Below, piece after piece: positions 19,122 to 28,534 of a stretch of 64,000 nucleotides of DNA. The first letter of the stretch is position 1, and each line of letters opens with the position of its first letter. The notes under the pieces are model-generated. The model did no database searches. It was given only the letters and a program-made list of their open reading frames with translations, and was not told the DNA's origin. The position numbers and the translations under genes are program-made. The DNA comes from an uncultured Acidobacteriota bacterium (lineage in GTDB: Bacteria; Acidobacteriota; Vicinamibacteria; Vicinamibacterales; 2-12-FULL-66-21), in assembly GCA_963750935.1 (NCBI GenBank), contig CAVVSR010000004.1, positions 20,829-84,828 on the forward strand, read 5' to 3'.

Positions 19122-20950
19122 TCAGCCTCCGGTGATCGCGCGACGCTCGTCGTTGAAGCCGAACGAGAAGACCGTCCCGTCCTGGGCGCCGACGTAGATC
19201 TGTCCGAGGCCGCTCCAGAAGCTGCCGGGCGACGCGAACGTCGGCATGGCCGTGCCGCTCTGCCAGAACCGCTTGCCCGAGGCGCCGTCGTAGGCGTGCA
19301 GGACCGCGCCCGTCCCGCGGCCGCCCGCGGCGGCGGGCCTGCCGGTCGCCAGCGTGAACACCACGCCATTGACGATGATCGGCGTGCCGGCCGCCGCCAG
19401 GTTGTGCGACACCCAGCCAGGCTCCAGCGACAGCGCGCCGCCGGCATCCACGATCTTCAACGCGACCACGGCGCCGGTGGTGACCGGGCCGTTGGTCGCA
19501 GGCATCCCTGCGGCGACGCGGCCCGCGAGGGGCAACAGGATCCAGGACGTGGCCGGGGCCGACGGCGTCGGCTCGCCGGCAGCGGCCTGCTGCCACGCCG
19601 CGAGCGCGTCGGCGCTGACCGTCGCGCCGGCGCCGCCCATCGGTTTCGATGCAAACAGCGGCGTCGAGTGATTGGCGCCGCCGAGCGAGGCCGAGTCCAG
19701 CAGCAGCACGCGGCCGTCCTTCGTCGCCGCGGCCACGATCTCCTTGTCGCCGTGGCGCAGGATCGTCGGCCCGGTGGCGAACTCGGCGGTCGGCGCCGTG
19801 AACCAGTCCTTCACCTGCAGTGTCTTCGGATCGAGCGCCACGATCGCGTTCGCCTTGCCGTCACCCGACGCCTGACCGGCGCCGATCGCCGCGATCAGCG
19901 TCCCGGTCGAGGTGAACGCCAGCGCGCCGACGACCGGGCCGCCGTTGGTCTTCCACGACGTGACCGGCTTGCTCTCGCTGTCGAGATCGATCGCCCACAC
20001 CGCGTCCGGCGCGCCGCCGCACCCTCCGGACGTTGCCGTATACAACATCGTGTCGACGCCAATCGGCGCCGACCATTTCGCGTTCGCCGGGAGGAATGGC
20101 GCCGGCTTCTGGATGTCCTTGCCCGACGGCAGGCCGAGCACGTGCAGCACGCCGTCGCTCGACACCACGTAGACGACACCCGACGGACGTCCGAGAAAAC
20201 CGCCCCCGCCGCCTTCCGCCGCCTTGGGCGCGCCAGGGATTCGCTCAGCCTGCCCGCGGCCACCCGCGGCAGGCGCTCCCCCGCCTCGTTGCGGTCCAGC
20301 GCCGCGGCCCGCATCTGCCGGCGCTCCGCCACGCGCACCTCCGGGTGCGGCCGCTGGCGGTGCGCTCGCGCGCGCCGCCCGGTGCGCGGCCCGCGGCCGC
20401 CGATTCGTCCCTCGACCGGCACGCCTTCACCCGGCTCACCGAGCAGCGTGCGATAGCCGACCGCACCGCGTCCGCCGCCGAAGGGATTCGCGGTTGCCGC
20501 GGTCGCCGAGGCGTCGAGCCGGACGATGCGGGTGGCGGCGGCGGTGATGCCGCCGGGACACGCCGCCGTTCCCGCCGGGACGACCACGTCGAACTGGCGC
20601 TCCCACACGGCGTAGCCGAGGTCGTTGTCGATGCCGTAGACGTTGTTCGAACTGCCCGCCACGAGCGACATCGGCACGAACAGCGTGACGCCGCTGGCCG
20701 TCACGCCCTGCGCCGGGCCGTGGACGCCGCGCGGACGGTTCTCGAGCTTCTTCTTCCACTGCAGCTCGAACCCCGGCTTCGCCATCGTCTGCGGCGAGAT
20801 CTTGTCGTCGCTGCGGATCCATGACGTCCGCTGCGCGTCGGCGAGCGCCGTCGGCCACTGCGATCCGCCGCGGCCGACCTGCGCGAACGTGACCGTTGCC
20901 GCGCAGGCGGCGGCAGCCACGGTGAAGATGACTCGATGAACCCGGCGCAT
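19122..20950 (-). CDS. Exported PQQ-type beta-propeller protein; frame break at about 20390
   Basis: Signal peptide, ADAQRTSW, FELQWK, SSDGVLH, VALDPKTLQVKDWF, LHAYDGASGKRFWQSG; Gly/Arg-rich linker. Confidence 0.8.
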
Positions 20951-20964
20951 GCGATTCTCCCGCC

Positions 20965-22554
20965 TCACCGTGCGACCCCGAAGCAATAGAGGACGCCGTC
21001 GAAGGTCGCGAGATACGCGCGGCCGTTCGCGACAGTGAGTCCGCTGAAGTGATTCCACGATTCGATCGTCGTGCCGCTCGACCAGAGCTCCTTGCCGGTC
21101 TGCGCGTCGAGCGCGTAGAGCGCGGCCTTCCTGGAATTGGGCACGCGGCGCACGGGACCCGAGCTGAGGCCGCCGCCGTAGACGCCGCCGCCAGGTTCGT
21201 CCCAGGCCCGATCCTGCACGACCTGGGTGCCGTCCTCGCCTGCCGCATACGCGAACACGACCCCGTTGGCGATGACCGCTTCATCCGCCAGATCCATGTC
21301 GCGCGACAGCCACGCCGGCGTGAGCTGCCACTTGCCGGCACGCCCTTCGAGCTTGAACGCGGCGACGCCGCCACCCTTCGGCCGCGAATGCTCGACCGGC
21401 GCCTTGAACGTCTCGCTCACCGGTCCCCAGAACGGCGCCAGCACCCACTGCGTGCCCTTCGCGTCCTGCCACGCGCCGAGCGCGCCCCAGATCCCTTTCG
21501 CGTCGAAGGCCTGCGCATCGTTGCAGATCAGCGGCGTCGTGTGCAGCGTGGTCCGGTGGTCCTCGCCGCCGAGCGCGTCGCGATCCATCAGCCAGAGGCG
21601 GCATTCCTTGGAGGTGCCGACCAGGAACTTGCGCCCCTGCGTGTCGAACGCCACCGGCGTGGTGTTGACGTCGAGGTCGCGCCGCCACAGCCAGTTCGCG
21701 TTGGGCGCGCCGAAGAAATCCACGAGCTGCAGCTGCTTGTTCGCGTCCAGCTTCACGGCGACGATGCCGTTGCCGAGCCGCCGGGTCAGCGGATCGAACA
21801 TCGCGTCGCCGGTGCCGAGGAACACGCGCCCTTCCGGATCGATCGCCGCGCCGCGCCGTCCCCAGAGGCCGCCGCCGGCGGGAATGAACGCGCTCGACCG
21901 CCGGGACGAGAGGTCGAACGAGTAGAACGCGTTGGTCAGGCCGCCGCAGCCCTGCGCCGTCGCCGTATAGATGACGCCGCCGTGCAGGTTGAGCGCATAC
22001 GGCTTGCCGCCGCCGGGGATGAACTTCTCCGCCGCGGCGATGTCCTTGCCGTCCGCGGCGTTCACCTGCCGGAGCCGGCCGTCCCACGACACCGCATACA
22101 CGGTGTACGCGCCGTCCGCCGTCCGTGCCATCGTCGGCACCGCGGTCTGGCCGCCCGGGCACAGGGTGTCGTTGGTGCCGCCGGGCTTCGCCAGCGTGCT
22201 GTCCCAGCGGCGGTGCCAGATCTGCTTGCCGGTGGCGGCGTCGATCCCGAACAGATCGTCCGACACGCCGGCGACGATCGCGATCTCGCGCGCCCCCTCC
22301 GCGGTGGTGACCCGCTCGGCGATCAGCGGCGCGAACAGGTTGTGCATCGCGCGCGGCGTGCTCTCCAGCTTGGTCTTCCACAGCAGCTTCGTCTGCCCGA
22401 CGTTGGCGGTCGAGAAGACCTTCTCGTCCCGCACCCAGCCGGTCCGCGCGCTGTCCACGCCTTCGCTGAGGATATCGGTGGCGTTCCCTGTGATCCCCGC
22501 GGCCAGGGTTGCGATCGCCACCCCCGCCACACTCCATGCGCCCGCCCGTTTCAT
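20965..22554 (-). CDS. Exported PQQ-type beta-propeller protein
   Basis: Signal peptide, DSARTGW, LLWKTKL, IDAATGKQIW, GLWGRRG, LYALDAQTGKELWSSG. Confidence 0.85.
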   Translation of the reverse strand: MKRAGAWSVAGVAIATLAAGITGNATDILSEGVDSARTGWVRDEKVFSTANVGQTKLLWKTKLESTPRAMHNLFAPLIAERVTTAEGAREIAIVAGVSDDLFGIDAATGKQIWHRRWDSTLAKPGGTNDTLCPGGQTAVPTMARTADGAYTVYAVSWDGRLRQVNAADGKDIAAAEKFIPGGGKPYALNLHGGVIYTATAQGCGGLTNAFYSFDLSSRRSSAFIPAGGGLWGRRGAAIDPEGRVFLGTGDAMFDPLTRRLGNGIVAVKLDANKQLQLVDFFGAPNANWLWRRDLDVNTTPVAFDTQGRKFLVGTSKECRLWLMDRDALGGEDHRTTLHTTPLICNDAQAFDAKGIWGALGAWQDAKGTQWVLAPFWGPVSETFKAPVEHSRPKGGGVAAFKLEGRAGKWQLTPAWLSRDMDLADEAVIANGVVFAYAAGEDGTQVVQDRAWDEPGGGVYGGGLSSGPVRRVPNSRKAALYALDAQTGKELWSSGTTIESWNHFSGLTVANGRAYLATFDGVLYCFGVAR

Positions 22555-22764
22555 GATCATCACCGGGGGATTCTCGACGATGAACGCGATCGAGGACAAG
22601 TCGGAGGCGCGGCGGCACGGTCGTCTCGTAGTGCGAACCGCGGCCCGCGGCGCCACCCCGGCGGTTCTGGCGGGCAAACAGTCGTCGAGCGCTGAAAACG
22701 GTCGCGCCTCGTCCGCGGCGGCCCGCCTTCGGCATTTCGCGGTGAGAGACGGGACACCTTCGGA

Positions 22765-22801
22765 AAGTTAAAAGTGAAAAGTCAAAAGGGAGAAGTCAAA
22801 A
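22765..22801. repeat. AAAAGT(C/G/T) heptamer tandem repeat
   Basis: aagttaaaagtgaaaagtcaaaagggagaagtcaaaa. Confidence 0.6.
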
Positions 22802-22862
22802 TGTCGCAGGCGATGGCGCACGGGTAAAGTCATACCGTGCCCATGCATCTCAGGGAGCGTCC

Positions 22863-23393
22863 ATGCTGTCGTCGATGATTCGTGTGTCCGTGGTGTTGGG
22901 GGCGGTTCTCGGCACGGCCGTCGTGCTGGCGGCGCGGCAGGGCGCGCCGCAGGTCCTCTCGGGCGAGGGGCTGCCGGACGGTCCGGGCAAGGACGTGACG
23001 GTGAAGGCCTGCGCCCCGTGCCACGAGGCGCGGCGCGCGGCGTCGGTCAGGCTGACGCGCGAGGGCTGGGCCGCCGTGATCGACGGCATGCAGAAGCGCG
23101 GCGCCAAGGTGTCGGACGAGGAGTTTCCGATCATCCTCGACTACCTCTCGACGCACTTCCTCGGTGCGGCGCTGCAACCGCTCAACCTGAACACGGCCAC
23201 CCAGATCGATCTCGAAGCAGCCGGCGGGCTGCTGCGCCGCGAAGCGGCGGCGGTCATCAAGTATCGGGAGCAGAACGGCCGCTTCACGTCGGTGGACGAC
23301 CTGAAGAAGGTGCCGGGGCTGGACTTCAAGAAGATCGAGAGCCGCAAGGACGCCGTCGTCGTGCATGGCTCCGCCGCGGGTCGAATTGCCTGA
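22863..23393 (+). CDS. Exported monoheme cytochrome c fused to a ComEA-like helix-hairpin-helix domain
   Basis: Signal peptide, LPDGPGK..CAPCH, R.T.EGW..VIDGM..RGA, then LNLNTAT...YREQNGRFTSVDDLKKVPG. Confidence 0.88.
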   Translation: MLSSMIRVSVVLGAVLGTAVVLAARQGAPQVLSGEGLPDGPGKDVTVKACAPCHEARRAASVRLTREGWAAVIDGMQKRGAKVSDEEFPIILDYLSTHFLGAALQPLNLNTATQIDLEAAGGLLRREAAAVIKYREQNGRFTSVDDLKKVPGLDFKKIESRKDAVVVHGSAAGRIA

Positions 23394-23502
23394 CGACTGT
23401 CGGCGATCGGCGATCGGTGATCGCGCGGCGCGGTCGATCGGCTAGATCGGAGCCATCGGTCGACCGGTGTGTGTCGCCTCCTACGCAACGTCGAGGCGAC
23501 GG

Positions 23503-24474
23503 CTAGCGCGGCGCCGCCGGCGCGGGCGCGTCACGCTTCGCGTGCGGCTGCACCGGCGTGTCGCTCAGGCCGAGCGACCACTTGATCGCCTCGAACATCA
23601 TGATCTGGACGTTGCGGATGTCCCAGGCCTCGGGGCTGTGCGAGAGCGAGCTGTAGACGACGCGGCCCTGGCCGTAGGTTTTGGTCCAGACCAGCGGGAA
23701 GTCGCCGTCGGCGGCCAGCTTCGACGTGGGCGCGCTCGCCGGATCGAAGCGCAGCAGCACGTCCACCTTGTCGCGCGACAGCGCCGCGGCGCGATAGAAC
23801 TCGTCGCTGTAGTCGGCGCTCGCGCCCCAGTGGCGCACGATCGGATGCGCGGGCTGCTCGTTGACCATGCGGCCAGGTCCCGTGTAGAGGTGCCCGCCGT
23901 AGGTGGCCCCCAGCATCTCGCCGAACTCCGGCCACGATTCGAACGCGGTCAGCCCGGTGTGCGCCGCGACGAAGCCCTTGCCGCTCTGCACGAACGCCAG
24001 CAGCTCCGCCTTCTGCTGATCGTCGATCGGCACGTCGCGGTGCCCGAGGAAGAAGATCCCGTCCACGTTGCTCAGGCTCGGCCCGCCGCTCGCCGGCGTG
24101 CCGTCGGTCTTCTTCGCCTGGTTGAAGATGATGTGGGAGTCGGTGCGGATGAACGTATCCCAGAGGCCGGAGTCGTAGCCGAGCCGCTCGACGATCGCCA
24201 GCGCATGCGAGGTGAAGGCGTGCTGCGCCTGGCCATTGCGGGTGTCGGCCCAGGCGAGCAGCGCCTTGCGCACGCGGGGCTGGTTGCCTCCCCGGCCGCG
24301 ACCCTGCCGGCCGCCGCCGGCGCGGCCGCCCGGTTGATCGGGAGCCTGGCCGACTCCGGCCTGTCCACCGGCCGGCGGCTGCGGACCGCGCGCGAGCGCC
24401 GTGACCGCCAGCATCAGCGCGAGGCTGACGGCCACTGCCGGAATCCCCAACGACCTTCGTGCGTGCTGCGACAT
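23503..24474 (-). CDS. Exported ThuA-like (class I glutamine amidotransferase-like) protein
   Basis: Signal peptide, LLAFVQSGKGFVAAH, DEFY, PLVWTKTYGQGRVVYSSLSH. Confidence 0.85.
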   Translation of the reverse strand: MSQHARRSLGIPAVAVSLALMLAVTALARGPQPPAGGQAGVGQAPDQPGGRAGGGRQGRGRGGNQPRVRKALLAWADTRNGQAQHAFTSHALAIVERLGYDSGLWDTFIRTDSHIIFNQAKKTDGTPASGGPSLSNVDGIFFLGHRDVPIDDQQKAELLAFVQSGKGFVAAHTGLTAFESWPEFGEMLGATYGGHLYTGPGRMVNEQPAHPIVRHWGASADYSDEFYRAAALSRDKVDVLLRFDPASAPTSKLAADGDFPLVWTKTYGQGRVVYSSLSHSPEAWDIRNVQIMMFEAIKWSLGLSDTPVQPHAKRDAPAPAAPR

Positions 24475-25046
24475 CAGCGCTTCGCCGCCTTCTCTTCGCG
24501 AACGATCTCGACCAGCGACCGCAGCCCCGCGGTATAGGAGCGCCAGCCCAGCCCCATGATCGCGCCGCGCACCGCCGGCGTCAGGATCGAGTGGCGGTGG
24601 ATCTCGTCTCGCGTGGCGAGGTTCGAGATGTGGACCTCGAGCACCGGGAACGGCATCGCCTTGATGACGTCGTGAATCGACACGCTGCTGAACGTCAACC
24701 CGGCCCCGTTGATCAACGCCCCATCCACGTCGTCGATGTGCTTCTGGAAGGTGTCGACGATCGTGCCCTCGGAGTTCGACTGCATCGCGATCAGCTCGAC
24801 GTTGAGCTCCTTGGCGAGCTCGCCGAGCCGCGCGTTGATCTGGTCGAGGGTCGTGCTGCCGTAGATCTGCGGCTCGCGGCGGCCGAGCAGGTTCAGATTG
24901 GGCCCGTGGATCACGAGCACCCGAAGCCGAGGCGCCGGCTGTATGGCTGGCTCGACGTCCGGCCCGATCCTGGCGCCGGCCGTGGTCGAGAGCGTGGCGG
25001 CGGCAAGCGCCACCAGGAGGCTCCAGCGTCGAAACGTCACACCCAT
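24474..25046 (-). CDS. aroQ: Type II 3-dehydroquinate dehydratase with N-terminal export signal
   Basis: VIHGPNLNLLGRREPQIYG, QSNSEG, EVHISN; preceded by MGVTFRRWSLLVALAAATLSTTAGA. Confidence 0.9.
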   Translation of the reverse strand: MGVTFRRWSLLVALAAATLSTTAGARIGPDVEPAIQPAPRLRVLVIHGPNLNLLGRREPQIYGSTTLDQINARLGELAKELNVELIAMQSNSEGTIVDTFQKHIDDVDGALINGAGLTFSSVSIHDVIKAMPFPVLEVHISNLATRDEIHRHSILTPAVRGAIMGLGWRSYTAGLRSLVEIVREEKAAKR

Positions 25047-25090
25047 CGATCGCTCCTTCGGTCGTTCGTTGTGTAGGGCCAGCGACATGC

Positions 25091-26193
25091 CTATCGCAGG
25101 TGGCGACGGAAGAAGTCGCGCGCGACGGCAAAGGCGCCGGCGCGGTCCTCGCGCTGCGCTTCCGGGCCGCCGCGCGGATGCTCGCGCACCTGCATGCGGA
25201 AGGGCCCGGCCACCTCGTCCAGGTCGGTCCGGTTGAAGAAGGTATGCGGCAACCCGTCGATCAACCGCAGCGTCACGTCCCGACCCGCGTCCCTCAAGGC
25301 TTCGTAGAGCAGGACGCTCTGCCCGTGCGGGACCGAGGCGTCGGCCAGGCCGTGCATGATCAGGAACGGCGGCGCGTCCTTCGTCACGTAGGTGATCGGG
25401 CTGGCCGCGCGCACACGATCCGGCACCGTCTGGACGCCAGCGCCGAGCAGGCGCGACTCCGGAGACGCTGGATCGTCATGCGGGACGGCACCGCGTCGTC
25501 CGCCGCCCGGGGGTGGCCCGGCCGCGCCGGCCGGAGGTGGAGGCCCGCTTCCTCGCTCCCCTCCTCGCTCCCCTCCTCGTCCGCCGCCGCAACGTTGATC
25601 GTCACCACCGGCTTCTGCAGCGCCGGCCGCTCCTGCTCGGTCTGTGCGTCCATGCGGTCGAAGCGGGTTGGCCCGTAGGCATCGAGCACGCACCGGACCG
25701 CGCTCGTGTGATTCAGGTTGTCGGTCCCCTCGAACGTGCCGCGAGGCGCGAGTCCCGCGACCGCCGCGAGGTGTCCGCCAGCCGACGTCCCCCACAGGCA
25801 GATCCGATCGGGATCCAGCGCGTGCGCGGCCGCGTTCGCCTTCAGCCAGCGCACCGCGGTGCGGACGTCCTCGACGTTGGCGGGGAACGTGACCGACGGC
25901 GTCAATCGGTACTCGATGGACGCCATCGCGAAACCGTCCTGCGCGAAGTAGCGCCTGAAATCCGGCCCCGTCGTGCGTGTCCCGCCAGACCAGCCGCCGC
26001 CGTGCAGGAACACGATGACCGGGATCGGCCGCCGAACCGGGGTGGCCGGCAGGTAGAGATCGAGGACCAGATCGGCGCCGCCGCGCGTGGCGTAGGTCAG
26101 CGTCCGCGGTTCGACTGGCGCCGGCTCCTGCCGCGCGGTGATCGCCACGCTGGCCAGCACCACGGCCGCGAACGCGCCGATGACGCGGCTCAA
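25091..26193 (-). CDS. Exported alpha/beta-hydrolase esterase (HGGG-type, BD-FAE/HSL-like); frame break at about 25590
   Basis: LHGGGW, GTSAGG nucleophile elbow, [22 protein letters not shown]. Confidence 0.85.
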
Positions 26194-27590
26194 ATGAAAT
26201 CCTCCGGCCGCGGCTTGAGCGCGAGCGCGCGCTGCAGCTCCGGCGTGATCTCCCGGCTGATCGGCACACCGCAGATCGCCTGCGCGTGCGCGAGCAGCGC
26301 CGCGCGATCGGACAGCGCCGACGCCGCGCCCTTCGTCCAGATCGGATCCTGCGGCGGCAGCGGCAGCTTCGCCGGGTGGACGTCGAGCGGATAGCCGTCG
26401 GGGCCACGGCCGCTCATCTGCAGCGAGCGGAACATGTCGGCGCCGCCTCGCCCGCGACCCTCGCCTCCGGCCCGAGCGCCGCCGCGGCCGTCGCCGCGAC
26501 CCTCTCCTGCACCACGACCGCGGGCTCCGCCGCCGCCGCGCGTGAAGAAGCTCTCGAAGATGCCCGGCGTCAGGAACGCCGCGAACCGGTTGTACTCCTG
26601 GTTCAGGCGGAACCCGTGCAGGTTGCGCGGCGGCGCCTGGAAGTAGTCGCCGGTGCGGAGCGGCACGGCCTTGCCGTAGGCCCAGCCCAGGGTCTCGCCG
26701 TCGACGCCGAAGAAGTTCTCGAAGTGCCGCGCGTGGAAGTGCGCGCCGACGCCGCCCCCCGGCCCGCCTTCGGTGATGATGAACAGGAACTGACCCGTGG
26801 TGTTGGCGTTGCGCGCCAGGAAGGTGTTGCCGCCGAAGCGCTCACCGCCGCCGTCGGCCAGCACGTACGGCCCAGGCGTCACCGGCAGCTGCTTGTTGGC
26901 GACGCGAACGGCGGCACCGGCAGGCGTCGCCGCCGGCGCGAGCTGGAAGTCGCCGGCATCGGCCGCACGCGCGAGACGCCCTGCCGCGATCTCGTGCGGC
27001 ACGTTCGCCGGCACCTGCGCCCCGTCCTGCCGCTCCCCCATCGCCGTGAACGCCGCGCCGACGCGATGGTTCATCGAGAACAGCGCCAGCTGCGCCCCGT
27101 CCGACTTCATCGTCCATGCATGCGGCGTCCCGGGCGGCAGGTTGGCGAAGTCCCCGCGCATCATCGTCCAGCGCTCGTCTCCGAGCTCGAACTCGATCTC
27201 GCCGCGCATCACGAGCACCGCGGCGTGGCTGCTCAGATGCGTGTGCCGCGGCATCGTCGCGCCGGTGTTGCCGGTGAACGAGGCGAGCTCGTGGACGTCG
27301 CCGGTGTCTTCGCGCCGCGCGATCCGCCGCATCACCTGACTGCCGATGCGGTGATACTCGCCGGCGTCGTTCGGCAGCACGTACATGCGCTTCTGCCCGG
27401 GCAGCTTGCCGATGACCGGCACGGCCTCGGCGCCGCTCACCTCCACCGGGTTGAGGATCTCATCGGGAATACCCGCAACCGGGGCCTGGGCGAACAGGCC
27501 CGTCGAGCGCGACAGGTGCCAGCCCGCGAGCCCGCCGCCGGCCGCCAGGGCCGCGGTGTTCATGAACCGCCGCCGATTCCACTGTCCCAT
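26190..27590 (-). CDS. Tat-exported bicupin, quercetin 2,3-dioxygenase-like
   Basis: NRRRFM Tat motif. Cupin 1: HTHLSSHA...PGTPHAW. Cupin 2: HFHARHFE...PRNLHGF. The layout resembles Bacillus QdoI. Confidence 0.75.
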   Translation of the reverse strand: MGQWNRRRFMNTAALAAGGGLAGWHLSRSTGLFAQAPVAGIPDEILNPVEVSGAEAVPVIGKLPGQKRMYVLPNDAGEYHRIGSQVMRRIARREDTGDVHELASFTGNTGATMPRHTHLSSHAAVLVMRGEIEFELGDERWTMMRGDFANLPPGTPHAWTMKSDGAQLALFSMNHRVGAAFTAMGERQDGAQVPANVPHEIAAGRLARAADAGDFQLAPAATPAGAAVRVANKQLPVTPGPYVLADGGGERFGGNTFLARNANTTGQFLFIITEGGPGGGVGAHFHARHFENFFGVDGETLGWAYGKAVPLRTGDYFQAPPRNLHGFRLNQEYNRFAAFLTPGIFESFFTRGGGGARGRGAGEGRGDGRGGARAGGEGRGRGGADMFRSLQMSGRGPDGYPLDVHPAKLPLPPQDPIWTKGAASALSDRAALLAHAQAICGVPISREITPELQRALALKPRPEDFI

Positions 27591-27625
27591 CGCTGCCTCC
27601 TTGAAGAACGGACGTGCCGTGACGC

Positions 27626-28459
27626 TCACGGGACCGCGACGCGGTCGGCGCTTCGCCTCACGACGTCGAAGAGCTCCTCGGGCTGCCACGAGTTCGACGC
27701 GAACATCCGCATCACCCGGCCATCGTGGCCGACCACGGCCGTCGTCAGCGTATGCGTGACGAAGCCGCCCTCGGCCCGCGCAGCGACGCCGAAATATTCG
27801 GCGATGGCTTCGATCTGCGCGGCGGTGCCCGTGGCCAGCGTCCACTGCTCGAACGGATCCGGTCCCTTCAACACCGCCTGGCCGTAGTCGCGAAGCACGG
27901 CCGGCGTGTCGAATGCGGGGTCGAGGGTGATGCCGAGCACGGACACTTTGCTGCCGAAGCCTTCGTCGTTCGCGCGCTGACGCACCCGCTCGAGATGCCT
28001 GACCATGAGCGGACAGAGATCGGGCAGCGGGCACCGCGTGTAGAGGAAAGTGATGAGGAGGACGCGGCCGGCCCGTTCGCGCACCGTCACGTCGCGGCCG
28101 TGCTGATCGACCAGGCCGAAGTCGGGCAGCATCGCACCCGGCATCGCCCGGCCGCCGGCGGAGAACCGCACCGGCGCGACGGCGCCCTGCGCCGTGATCT
28201 TCACGTCCTCGAGCCAGCTGCGATCCGCGGTCACGACGAGCGTCGACACGATTCGGTCGCCCTCTCGCGGCGGCGGGCCATCGCCCGCGATCTCGAACGG
28301 CATGCTCATCGCGGGCATGAAGCCGTCCACCGCGTCGTGCGCAATGACCACGCGGCCGGCCGGGGCTTCGCGGCCGACGACCACCCCGGTCAGTTGGACG
28401 CGGCGGATCTCGGGGGATCGATCGCGTGCGCACGCGGCTGCCGAGACGATGACCATCAA
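27626..28459 (-). CDS. CusF-like copper-binding domain fused to SCO1/SenC; true start may be 28523 via a frame break
   Basis: IAHDAVDGFMPAMSMPF (CusF H/M/M), FLYTRCPLPDLCP, DPAFDTP and VTHTL. Confidence 0.85.
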   Translation of the reverse strand: MMVIVSAAACARDRSPEIRRVQLTGVVVGREAPAGRVVIAHDAVDGFMPAMSMPFEIAGDGPPPREGDRIVSTLVVTADRSWLEDVKITAQGAVAPVRFSAGGRAMPGAMLPDFGLVDQHGRDVTVRERAGRVLLITFLYTRCPLPDLCPLMVRHLERVRQRANDEGFGSKVSVLGITLDPAFDTPAVLRDYGQAVLKGPDPFEQWTLATGTAAQIEAIAEYFGVAARAEGGFVTHTLTTAVVGHDGRVMRMFASNSWQPEELFDVVRRSADRVAVP

Positions 28460-28534
28460 CGGCAGCGGCGACCGCGCCGGATGCGCGACGTCCCGGACGC
28501 GGTCGAGCGGCGCGCTTCTCCATTGCCGGATCGA

